Part shown: piece by piece, positions 8,351 to 17,058 of the stretch | How the letters are laid out: each line of letters starts with the position of its first letter | How positions within the stretch are numbered: position 1 is the first letter of the stretch | Assembly: GCA_963682015.1 (NCBI GenBank) | Contig: OY820932.1 | Span: forward strand, 2,010,618-2,074,617 | From: Smithellaceae bacterium | GTDB lineage: Bacteria > Desulfobacterota > Syntrophia > Syntrophales > Smithellaceae | Direction: 5' to 3' | DNA length: 64,000 bases | Made by a program: the position numbers and the translations under genes | The notes under the pieces: model-generated | Seen by the model: only the letters and a program-made list of their open reading frames with translations | What the model was told of the DNA's origin: nothing | Databases searched by the model: none

Positions 8351-9206
8351 GAAAGTTATCGCTAAATTACATTCCAGTTTTGAGGATATGGTTCAGGTGA
8401 ATCCGGAAACGGGTACGGAGTTTTGGTGCGCCCGTGATTTGCAGATGCTCTTGGGCTATTCGCAATGGAGAAATTTTGCCGCTGTGATTGACAGGGCCAT
8501 CACATCATGCGAAACAGCCGGTTACAATCTGCAAGACCATTTTGCGCATATCAGCAAAATGGTCGATCTCGGTTCTGGAGCCAGGCGTGAAATTGAAGAT
8601 ATTGCTCTGACCCGTTACGCCTGCTATCTGATTGCTCAAAACGGCGATCCGGCGAAAGAACAAATAGCGTTTGCTCAGACCTATTTTGCAGTCCAGACAC
8701 GCAAGCATGAACTCATTGAAAAACGATTAGCCGAAACGGAAAGAGTGAGCGCCCGGAAGCGGCTTTCTCAATCCGAGAAGGAATTATCCGGCATCATTTT
8801 CGAACGTCTGAAAAAGAACGAAAGTTTTGCACGAATCCGGAGCAAAGGAGATTTGGCTTTGTTTGGCGGACGTACCACACAGAACATGAAAGATATTCTC
8901 CTTGTGCCGGAAAATCGTCCGCTGGCCGATTTTCTGCCGACGATCACGATTAAAGCGAAAGATTTTGCCAACGAGATAACCAATTTCAACATTGCGCAAC
9001 GTGATTTGCAAACAGAACCAGGCATTTCTGACGAGCATGTAAAAAACAATCGGGAAGTGCGTAAGCTTTTGGTTGATCGTGGAATTATTCCTGAAACTCT
9101 GCCGCGGGCGGAAGATGTTAAGAAAGTTGAACGACGTTTGAAATCGGAACAAAAAAAATTGCCCGAACAGTCGAAAATACTGAAGGATCGCGAAAGTAAT
9201 GCATAG
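8343..9206 (+). CDS. dinD: DNA damage-inducible protein D homologue
   Basis: The N-terminus FWCARDLQMLLGYSQWRNF...DHFAHISKMVDLGSGARREIEDIALTRYACYLIAQNGDPAKEQIAFAQTYFAVQTR is collinear with my recollection of E. coli DinD. The start overlaps the DUF1016 stop (ATGGATAA). Confidence 0.75.
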   Translation: MDKKVIAKLHSSFEDMVQVNPETGTEFWCARDLQMLLGYSQWRNFAAVIDRAITSCETAGYNLQDHFAHISKMVDLGSGARREIEDIALTRYACYLIAQNGDPAKEQIAFAQTYFAVQTRKHELIEKRLAETERVSARKRLSQSEKELSGIIFERLKKNESFARIRSKGDLALFGGRTTQNMKDILLVPENRPLADFLPTITIKAKDFANEITNFNIAQRDLQTEPGISDEHVKNNREVRKLLVDRGIIPETLPRAEDVKKVERRLKSEQKKLPEQSKILKDRESNA

Positions 9207-9302
9207 TTTCTAACGGTTTTGGTAGTGCTGGTCGAACCAAGATATTTCGCTTCAAATGGTTTGGAAAACGATCAAGTTATAAATAGGCGGATGGAGAAAA
9301 TC

Positions 9303-10193
9303 ATGTATTCTAGCTTTAAAAAGATTTTGGTTTCCGTAGCAATCGTTTTGGGACTAATCTCATTAAGTTCTTCCATAGTATTGCTGTTTTCTGCCGCCGC
9401 AGGTGAAACATCGGAAAAGATGATCACGTATGAGAAGCACCGGATGAAATGGCGCGATATTTCAAAATTGATATCGACTATGGGCTATGGCGATGTTCTT
9501 GATGGTTATATGGAAAGGCAATATCAGATTGCAATTTTGAGAAATGCGGACGGAACGTCAATTCACGTCATTAATAGACCTGCGAAGAAAGCAATTATCA
9601 TCAATAAAGATGGTTCATATCATCGGCTTATCCTACCTAGTTATTATACTTTTTTAGACAACGGCGGCAATATCATTGCGTGGTCTGGTAAAGAAGAAAA
9701 TATTGCAACATCTGTTGATGCGACCGGAAAGTATTTTATTGCAAATACTGCAAAACGTGCAGGTGCAATATTTGCTGTTGCAAATCCGGACGTACCGCTC
9801 GCAGCCGTTCCAATTATTGCTCCTGATAATGTTGTTCTGTCTTTGAAAGGCAACAAATTATATGTTTTCGGACATTACAAACGCAATCTTCGTGCGCCTC
9901 TGAAAGGATTTATCTATGAAGTCCAAAATGACAGATTAAAGTTTATAGAAGAATTTATAGTGCCCCGCGAACATGAAGCAGAGTCGCCTTACTATATAGA
10001 GGACATTTCTCCTGATCAAAGTGAAATGACACTGATTGATGTGCATGATATGCCTTCTATTTCAAAAAGGTATCGCTTTGATCTAAAAACTAAAAAAATT
10101 AACTACCTTGGAAGGGTATGGAACGATAAATATTTATACTTGCAATGTGACGTAATACAGAAAGTAAAAGAGAAGCTGGAAAGAAAAGATTAA
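9303..10193 (+). CDS. Hypothetical membrane-anchored protein, no recognisable domain
   Basis: ATG at 9303 lies 6 nt after GGAG. One N-terminal TM helix (ILVSVAIVLGLISLSSSIVLLF). Very AT-rich coding sequence (sampled lines about 27-30% GC). Confidence 0.5.
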   Translation: MYSSFKKILVSVAIVLGLISLSSSIVLLFSAAAGETSEKMITYEKHRMKWRDISKLISTMGYGDVLDGYMERQYQIAILRNADGTSIHVINRPAKKAIIINKDGSYHRLILPSYYTFLDNGGNIIAWSGKEENIATSVDATGKYFIANTAKRAGAIFAVANPDVPLAAVPIIAPDNVVLSLKGNKLYVFGHYKRNLRAPLKGFIYEVQNDRLKFIEEFIVPREHEAESPYYIEDISPDQSEMTLIDVHDMPSISKRYRFDLKTKKINYLGRVWNDKYLYLQCDVIQKVKEKLERKD

Positions 10194-10339
10194 TTTGAAG
10201 ATGTCGGAGAGGGTTAAGCACAAAACCTGAGGCAATGGGTTATATGCTTTAAATGGTAATCTATAATTCTTCAAATGTGAGACAGAAAATTTAAAAAATA
10301 ATTCAGGGTGAAGGAGGTCATCTTATTATGTGCGCAGAT

Positions 10340-11344
10340 ATGGACAGGTCAAAAGCCGTGGAATTAGCGATTACGCAGATTGAAAGACAGTTCGGCAAAG
10401 GGTCGATTATGAAACTGGGCAGTCACGATCACATGGACGTGCCGGCCATTTCCACGGGATCACTCAGCCTCGATATCGCGCTGGGAACCTTCGGCGTCCC
10501 GCGCGGCCGAGTGGTGGAAATCTATGGACCGGAATCCGGCGGCAAAACGACGCTGGCGCTGCACATCGTATCCGAAGCGCAAAAGAAGGGTGGCATCGCG
10601 GCCTACATTGATGCCGAACATGCCCTCGACGTCGTCTATGCGCAGAAAATCGGCGTCAATACCGATGAACTCCTGATCTCCCAGCCGGACACGGGCGAGC
10701 AGGCCCTGGAAATCGCCGAAACCCTGGTAAGGAGCGGCGCACTGGACGTGCTGGTGGTCGACTCCGTGGCGGCACTCGTACCCAAAGCCGAATTGGAAGG
10801 CGAAATGGGCGACGCCCAGATGGGCCTTCAGGCGCGTCTGATGTCGCAGGCCCTGCGTAAACTCACCGGCGCAATCAGCAAATCCAAGACCACTGTCATT
10901 TTCATCAACCAGTTGCGAATGAAAATCGGCGTCTTCTTCGGCAATCCGGAAACGACCACCGGCGGCAACGCGCTGAAATTCTATTCGTCGCAGCGGCTCG
11001 ACATCCGCAAGATGACGTCCATCAAGAACGGCCAGGATGTGGTCGGTTTCCGTACCAAGGTCAAAGTGGTGAAAAACAAGATGGCGCCTCCCTTCAAAGA
11101 GGCGGAGTTCGACATCATTTTCGGTGAAGGCATTTCTCGCGAAGGCGACGTGCTGGATCTGGCGGCGGAAAACGGCATCATCGAAAAAAGCGGCGCATGG
11201 TATTCCTACAAGGGAGACCGGCTGGGCCAGGGACGCGACAACTCCCGTATTTTCCTGAAGGAAAACCCGGACATCCTCAGTGCTGTTGAAAACGACGTCC
11301 GCGCCAAGCTGGGAATCGCGCCCAGAGAGCAGGAAGAAGAATAG
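10340..11344 (+). CDS. recA: Recombinase RecA
   Basis: [27 protein letters not shown]...[16 protein letters not shown]...[19 protein letters not shown] upstream. Confidence 0.97.
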   Translation: MDRSKAVELAITQIERQFGKGSIMKLGSHDHMDVPAISTGSLSLDIALGTFGVPRGRVVEIYGPESGGKTTLALHIVSEAQKKGGIAAYIDAEHALDVVYAQKIGVNTDELLISQPDTGEQALEIAETLVRSGALDVLVVDSVAALVPKAELEGEMGDAQMGLQARLMSQALRKLTGAISKSKTTVIFINQLRMKIGVFFGNPETTTGGNALKFYSSQRLDIRKMTSIKNGQDVVGFRTKVKVVKNKMAPPFKEAEFDIIFGEGISREGDVLDLAAENGIIEKSGAWYSYKGDRLGQGRDNSRIFLKENPDILSAVENDVRAKLGIAPREQEEE

Positions 11345-11829
11345 TGAAAACGCTCGACCTGGCGGCCGCAAAGCAAAGGGCTTATCGTCTTTTGTCGATG
11401 CGGCCGCACTCGCAAAAAGAACTGGAAAACAAACTGCGGGATAAGGGCTTTCCCGCACCCATCATAAAAGAAGCACTGGAAAAACTCCGCGATTTGAAGT
11501 ATCTCAATGACGCCTCTTTCGCCATGCAGTGGGCGCGTAATCTGGCCGTCAACAAACTCTGGGGCAATCGCAAAATTTCAGCCGATTTGCGTGAAAAAGG
11601 TATTTCGGACAGATTGATTAGCGATTCCGTCGCTTCGGCACGTTATGAACTATCGGAAGAGGAAGCGATAGAAATTTTAATAAAGAAAAAAGCGGCCAGA
11701 AAGAAGCCGGCCGTCATGGATGCCAGAGAAAAACAAAGGATATTTCAAAGCCTGATGGGACGTGGTTTTCCGCCAGGCCTGATTTTTAATAAACTGGGGA
11801 AGGCAGTGGAGGAAGAATTTGATGGTTAA
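11344..11829 (+). CDS. recX: Recombination regulator RecX
   Basis: Directly abuts recA. AYRLLSMRPHSQKELENKLRDKGF and repeated helical RecX modules. Confidence 0.85.
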   Translation: MKTLDLAAAKQRAYRLLSMRPHSQKELENKLRDKGFPAPIIKEALEKLRDLKYLNDASFAMQWARNLAVNKLWGNRKISADLREKGISDRLISDSVASARYELSEEEAIEILIKKKAARKKPAVMDAREKQRIFQSLMGRGFPPGLIFNKLGKAVEEEFDG

Positions 11830-14473
11830 AACAGGCGACGCGATACGGGAAAGTTTTCTGAAGTTTTTTGAAAGCAAGGGGCATACACGGGTGGCGAGCT
11901 CAGCGCTCATTCCCAAAGATGATCCCACGCTGCTTTTCACCAACGCCGGTATGGTGCAGTTTAAAAACGCTTTTTTGGGTCTGGAAAATCGCGGATACAC
12001 CAAAGCCGTAACCTGCCAGAAATGCGCCCGCGCCGGCGGCAAGCACAACGACCTGGAAAATGTCGGTGTCACCGCACGCCATCATACTTTTTTCGAAATG
12101 CTGGGTAATTTTTCCTTTGGCGATTATTTCAAGGAGGAAGCCATTGCCTGGGCATGGGAATACCTCATCGACGTCGTGAAGCTCCCCAAAGAGAAGCTCT
12201 GGGTGACCATCTTTGAAAACGACGATGAAGCGTTCAAAATCTGGCATGAAAAAATGAAAGTCCCGGCGGATCGCATTGTCCGCATGGGCGAAAAAAGCAA
12301 TTTCTGGATGATGGGCGAAACCGGTCCCTGCGGCCCCTGCTCGGAAATCATCTACGACCAGGGCGAAGGCACCGGCTGCGGCCGTCCCGAATGCGACATC
12401 CACTGCGAATGCGACCGCCACCTGGAAATCTGGAACAATGTCTTCACGCAGTTTGACCGTGACGAATCCGGCAAGCTGACGCCGCTTCCCAAACCCAATA
12501 TCGATACCGGTATGGGGCTGGAACGTCTCACCGCCGTCATTCAGGGCGTCAAAAGCAATTATGATACGGATTTGTTCGCCCCGATTATCCGCTTCGTGGA
12601 AAAAACTTCCGGCAAAGTCTACGGCAAAAACGCCGACAATGACATTTCCATCCGCGTCATTGCCGACCACAGCCGGGCTGTCACCTTCCTCATCGGCGAC
12701 GGCATCCTGCCCTCCAATGAAGGACGCGGCTATGTACTCAGACGCATTTTGCGCCGCGCCGCACGCCACGGCAAGATGCTCGGTATCAACAAACCGTTTT
12801 TGAACGAAGCCGCAATGGTTGTCATCGACATGATGAAAACCACTTACCCGGATCTGGCCGACAAGGCACCCTACATCACCAAGGTTATTTTAAACGAAGA
12901 GCAGCGCTTCATGGAAACGCTCGACGCCGGTCTGCGCATATTGCAGGAAGAAACGGCAGCGCTCAAAAATGCCGGAAAAACGGTTTTACCCGGCGAGATT
13001 ATTTTCAAGCTCTACGATACATATGGCTTCCCCACCGATCTGACGGCGGACATCGTTAAAAAAGACCGGATCACGCTCGACACGGAAGGCTTTGAAGCCG
13101 AGATGGAACGCCAGCGCGAACGCGCCCGCGGTGCGTGGAAAGGCAGCGGCGAAGAGGCCGTCTCCGAATGCTATCTCAAGGCGTCGAGTTCCGGCATCGT
13201 TAGCGCTTTTTGCGGTTATGAAACTGTCCGCAAAAATGAAGCAAAAGTCATTGCAATATTCGTTGACAGTAAAACCGTGGATTCAGCTCAAGAAGGCCAA
13301 AAAGCAGAAATTGTTTTAGATAGAACCAACTTTTACGGCGAATCTGGCGGACAAACTGGAGATACAGGTTATTTGGATGGTAGCAATTTTGTATTTGTTG
13401 TCGAAGATACAAAAAAACCTCTTGAAAACTTTATTATTCACAAAGGAACTGTACAAAAAGGTGATATTAGACTTGGCGCAAAAACCCAATTTGTTATCGA
13501 TTTAGAAAGAAGAAAGGCAATCGCAGCAAATCACTCGGGGACACATCTTTTACAAGCAGCACTTAAGGCCGTTTTGGGTGACCATATTAAACAATCTGGT
13601 TCGCTCGTCAACGAGGAGCGGCTGCGTTTTGACTTCACGCATTTTTCAAAAATTACGGATGAAGAAATGCAGCGCGTAGAAAATATCGTTAACGATATGA
13701 TCCGGTCAAATCGTCAAGTACAGACAGAAGTATGTTCTTTGGAAGATGCTCTTAAAACTGGCGCCACAGCCGTGTTCGATGAAAAGTACGGCAACACTGT
13801 ACGTATAGTAAAAATGGGAGAACTTGGGGAACTGAGCATGGAACTATGCGGTGGCACGCACGTGGAAAAAACAGGCGACATCGGTCTTTTGAAAATCCTG
13901 CACGAGTCGGCCATTGCCGCGGGTGTGCGCCGGATCGAAGCCGTAACCGGCAGGGAAGCCGTCCTCCACGTTCAAAAAACCGAAGAAGAACTCAGGCGCA
14001 CGGCGGGCCTGTTTAAAGCGGGTCAACTGGAAGTTTACGACCGCACCGACAAGCTTTTGAAAAACGTCCGGGAACTGGAAAAAGAAATCGAGGCTCTCAA
14101 AGGCAAACTGGCCGCCAAGGATTCGGGCGACCTGATGAGCCAGGTGAAAGAAATTGCCGGCGTCAAAGTCCTGGCCGCGGAAGTGTCGATAACGGACGCC
14201 AAAACGCTACGCGATTTCGGCGACAAGCTGCGCGACAAACTGGCTTCCGGTGTGATTCTCCTGGGCAGCAAGGCTGAAGGCAAAGCCCTGCTTCTGTGCA
14301 TGGTCACCAAAGACCTGGCCGATAAATACTCTGCCGGCAACATCGTCAAGGAACTGGCCCCGATCGTCGGCGGCAAAGGCGGCGGCCGCCCCGACATGGC
14401 CCAGGCCGGCGGAACACAACCGGAGAATCTGGCGAATATTTTCCCCGCGCTTGAAAAGCTGCTGGCAAAATAG
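11822..14473 (+). CDS. alaS: Alanine--tRNA ligase
   Basis: IRESFLKFFESKGH..., FTNAGMVQFK, WNNVFTQF, editing-domain motifs HSGTHLL and CGGTH, and a C-terminal DHHA1-like GGKGGGRPDMAQAGG. ATG at 11822 follows GGAGGA. Confidence 0.97.
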   Translation: MVKTGDAIRESFLKFFESKGHTRVASSALIPKDDPTLLFTNAGMVQFKNAFLGLENRGYTKAVTCQKCARAGGKHNDLENVGVTARHHTFFEMLGNFSFGDYFKEEAIAWAWEYLIDVVKLPKEKLWVTIFENDDEAFKIWHEKMKVPADRIVRMGEKSNFWMMGETGPCGPCSEIIYDQGEGTGCGRPECDIHCECDRHLEIWNNVFTQFDRDESGKLTPLPKPNIDTGMGLERLTAVIQGVKSNYDTDLFAPIIRFVEKTSGKVYGKNADNDISIRVIADHSRAVTFLIGDGILPSNEGRGYVLRRILRRAARHGKMLGINKPFLNEAAMVVIDMMKTTYPDLADKAPYITKVILNEEQRFMETLDAGLRILQEETAALKNAGKTVLPGEIIFKLYDTYGFPTDLTADIVKKDRITLDTEGFEAEMERQRERARGAWKGSGEEAVSECYLKASSSGIVSAFCGYETVRKNEAKVIAIFVDSKTVDSAQEGQKAEIVLDRTNFYGESGGQTGDTGYLDGSNFVFVVEDTKKPLENFIIHKGTVQKGDIRLGAKTQFVIDLERRKAIAANHSGTHLLQAALKAVLGDHIKQSGSLVNEERLRFDFTHFSKITDEEMQRVENIVNDMIRSNRQVQTEVCSLEDALKTGATAVFDEKYGNTVRIVKMGELGELSMELCGGTHVEKTGDIGLLKILHESAIAAGVRRIEAVTGREAVLHVQKTEEELRRTAGLFKAGQLEVYDRTDKLLKNVRELEKEIEALKGKLAAKDSGDLMSQVKEIAGVKVLAAEVSITDAKTLRDFGDKLRDKLASGVILLGSKAEGKALLLCMVTKDLADKYSAGNIVKELAPIVGGKGGGRPDMAQAGGTQPENLANIFPALEKLLAK

Positions 14474-14497
14474 AACAGTTACAGACATTAACTTTGT

Positions 14498-14518
14498 CAT
14501 TCCCGACTTGATCGGGAA
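14498..14518. repeat. REP-like hairpin ATTCCCGA-cttga-TCGGGAAT directly after alaS
   Basis: 8-bp perfect stem. Its translation gives the IPDLIGN / IPDQVGNDK type of spurious peptide seen in ORFs 14451.. and 14346..14609. It may also act as the alaS terminator. Confidence 0.55.
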
Positions 14519-14576
14519 TCCAGTATTTGAGAGCATTTCTTTTTTCATTGAAGCCATTAATGAGAAGGCAAGAGAT

Positions 14577-16100
14577 ATGGCGTTTGAGTCTACAAATTCT
14601 TTTGATCATGTTCGCCTCTCATTTAATGCTGCAACTAGCAGAGACGAGCGATCACAGATCGGTCAGTTTCTCACGCCTGCTTCTATCGCTGATTTCATGT
14701 CGTTTTTGTTTAAGGCCGATACAAAAGAAGTAAGGATTATAGACCCAGGCGCGGGCACCGGTGTTTTATTTGCCTCATTGTTGAACAGGTTGCTTCTGCA
14801 AAAGAGACGGCCAACTACTATAGAAGTTGTAGCCTATGAAACGGACAGCACTATTTTACCGTTACTCCAGGAAACCGTTGATTGGTGCAAAGGAATGTGT
14901 AAACAATACAACGTATTGTTTACATGCACCATAAAAGAAGAGGATTTTATTGCTTCAGCGATAACTGAACTGGAAGAATCTCTATTTTCGAAACCTTCTA
15001 AACGCTTCACGCACGCCATCCTCAATCCGCCTTACAAAAAAATCAATGGCGATTCCGATACGAAGGCCAGGCTTTATTCCGCAGGCTTGGAGGTGGCAAA
15101 TCTTTATGCCGCCTTTGTCTGGCTTTCGATTCGAATGCTGGAGCCGGGTGGACAAATTGTTGCTATTACACCCAGAAGTTTTTGCAATGGGCCGTATTTT
15201 AAAAAATTCCGTGAAGCTTTTCTAAAACTGTTAAGCCTCAGGCATATTCATGTATTTGCATCACGTAACAAAGCATTTGGAGATGACAACGTACTTCAGG
15301 AAAATATTATTTATTATGCTGTCCGGGAAAACAAAAAGCCTACAGCGGTTGCAATTTCAACATCTGATGCTGATAATTTCGGTCAAGCTAAAAAACTATT
15401 AATTTCCTTTGATCAGATTGTTAAGCCGGATGATTGCGACGCTTTCATCCATCTTGGTTTTGAAGAAGCGGCTGCTTCGGCTGTCCAAATAATTCGGTCT
15501 TTTACATCGTCTTTGGATAAGCTGAACCTAAGTGTTTCCACTGGGCGGACTGTGGATTTCAGAGCAAAGGAGCATTTGCGAAAGCTACCAGAAGAGGGAG
15601 CGGTTCCACTTATATATCCTTGCCACTTCGCGGACGGTTATATTAATTGGCCCTGTGAATCAGCCAAGAAGCCTAATGCCCTCATGTCAACGCCGGAAAC
15701 GTCTGATCTTTTATCAGAGCAAGGATACTATGTTCTAATTAAAAGGTTTTCTTCCAAAGAGCAAAAACGACGTGTGATGGCAGCAATATATGATCCGTCA
15801 AGAGTAGCCGCCCCGTTTGTTAGTTTTGAAAATCATCTGAATTATATTCACCGGCAAGGAAAAGGCTTGCCTGAAAAATTGGCGAAGGGACTTGCCCTAT
15901 ATCTGAATTCATCCGTTGTAGACCAGTATTTCAGGTTATTCAGCGGACACACCCAAGTTAACGCAACAGATCTTCGTAAACTGCCTTATCCTACCGAAAA
16001 CCAGCTTTTATTGCTCGGAAATTATGTAACCGAACAAATGCCTCCGCAACAGACTATTGATGATATCCTTAATAAGGAGTGTGTAGAAGGTGGCCAATAG
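14577..16100 (+). CDS. N6-adenine DNA methyltransferase, PstI/BsuBI (Eco57I-like) type II family
   Basis: Motif I IIDPGAGTGVLF and motif IV NPPYKK. Paired with a BsuBI/PstI-family endonuclease. ATG at 14577. Confidence 0.8.
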   Translation: MAFESTNSFDHVRLSFNAATSRDERSQIGQFLTPASIADFMSFLFKADTKEVRIIDPGAGTGVLFASLLNRLLLQKRRPTTIEVVAYETDSTILPLLQETVDWCKGMCKQYNVLFTCTIKEEDFIASAITELEESLFSKPSKRFTHAILNPPYKKINGDSDTKARLYSAGLEVANLYAAFVWLSIRMLEPGGQIVAITPRSFCNGPYFKKFREAFLKLLSLRHIHVFASRNKAFGDDNVLQENIIYYAVRENKKPTAVAISTSDADNFGQAKKLLISFDQIVKPDDCDAFIHLGFEEAAASAVQIIRSFTSSLDKLNLSVSTGRTVDFRAKEHLRKLPEEGAVPLIYPCHFADGYINWPCESAKKPNALMSTPETSDLLSEQGYYVLIKRFSSKEQKRRVMAAIYDPSRVAAPFVSFENHLNYIHRQGKGLPEKLAKGLALYLNSSVVDQYFRLFSGHTQVNATDLRKLPYPTENQLLLLGNYVTEQMPPQQTIDDILNKECVEGGQ

Positions 16101-17058
16101 AATTGACAAAAAGAAAGCTCAACTCAAGATTCAATCCGCACTAATTATTCTGACTGAACTCGGTCTGCCCAGACAACAACTCAATGAACGTTCCGCACTG
16201 ACTCTTCTTGCACTTTTAGCCCTTAATCCGGGAAAAAAGTGGCAAGATGCAAGCAATCCTTTGATGGGCATTACGCCTATGATGGATTTCTTCCACGAAT
16301 ATTATGGAAAGAAATATGCTCCGAATACGCGTGAAACGGTTCGCAGGCAAACAGTGCATCAGTTTCTACAGGCGTCGCTCATTGTAGCGAATCCTGATAT
16401 ACCGGAGAGGCCCACCAACAGTCCGAAAGCTGTATATCAAATAGAGCCATCAGCGTTGAAACTGCTGAAAAGTTTTGAAAGCCCGGAATGGAATGACAAT
16501 CTACTAAAATACCAAAAAAAAGTTAAAACACTCAAAAAGAAATACGAACGAGAAAGAGAGATGCATAAATTGCCTGTGCATCTTATAGACGGGCAAAAAA
16601 TCAATTTATCTCCAGGCGGACAAAACGTGCTGGTCAAGAAAATTATGGAGGAGTTCTGTTCGCTTTACACCCCCGGCGGCCGGATGATTTACGTGGGAGA
16701 CACGCAATTAAAATGGGCCTACTATGACGCGGAAACGCTGGCGTCGCTGGGTGTGAAAATTGAAGAACACGGCAAGATGCCGGACGTGGTGGTTTACCAT
16801 GCAAAGAAAAACTGGTTGCTTCTGATTGAAGCCGTGACGAGTCATGGGCCGGTGAATCCGAAAAGAAGAGCGGAGTTGAAGGATTTGTTTGCGGGTTCAA
16901 GCGCCGGATTGGTGTTTGTGACAGCCTTCATGGATCGGCGGGCCATGTTGAAATATTTGAATGACATTTCATGGGAGACCGAGGTCTGGGTGGCGGATGC
17001 ACCAACCCATTTGATCCATTTCAACGGCCAGAGATTCCTGGGCCCATACGAAGATTAA
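16090..17058 (+). CDS. BsuBI/PstI family type II restriction endonuclease
   Basis: GTG start overlapping the methylase stop by 11 nt. The C-terminal half (GGQNVLVKKI...MPDVVVYHAKKNWLLLIEAVTSHGPV...R..EL) matches the BsuBI_PstI_RE pattern. Confidence 0.75.
   Translation: MANRIDKKKAQLKIQSALIILTELGLPRQQLNERSALTLLALLALNPGKKWQDASNPLMGITPMMDFFHEYYGKKYAPNTRETVRRQTVHQFLQASLIVANPDIPERPTNSPKAVYQIEPSALKLLKSFESPEWNDNLLKYQKKVKTLKKKYEREREMHKLPVHLIDGQKINLSPGGQNVLVKKIMEEFCSLYTPGGRMIYVGDTQLKWAYYDAETLASLGVKIEEHGKMPDVVVYHAKKNWLLLIEAVTSHGPVNPKRRAELKDLFAGSSAGLVFVTAFMDRRAMLKYLNDISWETEVWVADAPTHLIHFNGQRFLGPYED

Noticed and set aside
10212-10227. GGTTAAGCACAAAACC upstream of recA, considered as a Geobacter-type LexA box (GGTT-N2-C-N4-G-N3-ACC).
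   Set aside because: Length and internal positions do not fit that consensus. Only the GGTT/AACC ends are palindromic, and the sequence lies in island-derived DNA.
10460-11458. Long ORF (332 aa) antisense to recA. Similar long antisense or out-of-frame ORFs occur opposite alaS (11900..12769), the ATPase genes (24994..25986, 24171..24728), the HGD-D subunits (26137..26952, 28209..28868), dedA (38371..38994), cbiR/cobS/cobT (42926..43810, 44583..45338), btuB, the ligase and others.
   Set aside because: They lie opposite or out of frame with genes that carry unmistakable family motifs. Their translations are low-complexity (R/A/G/P-rich) as expected for shadow frames in GC-rich coding DNA, and they lack RBS or motif support.
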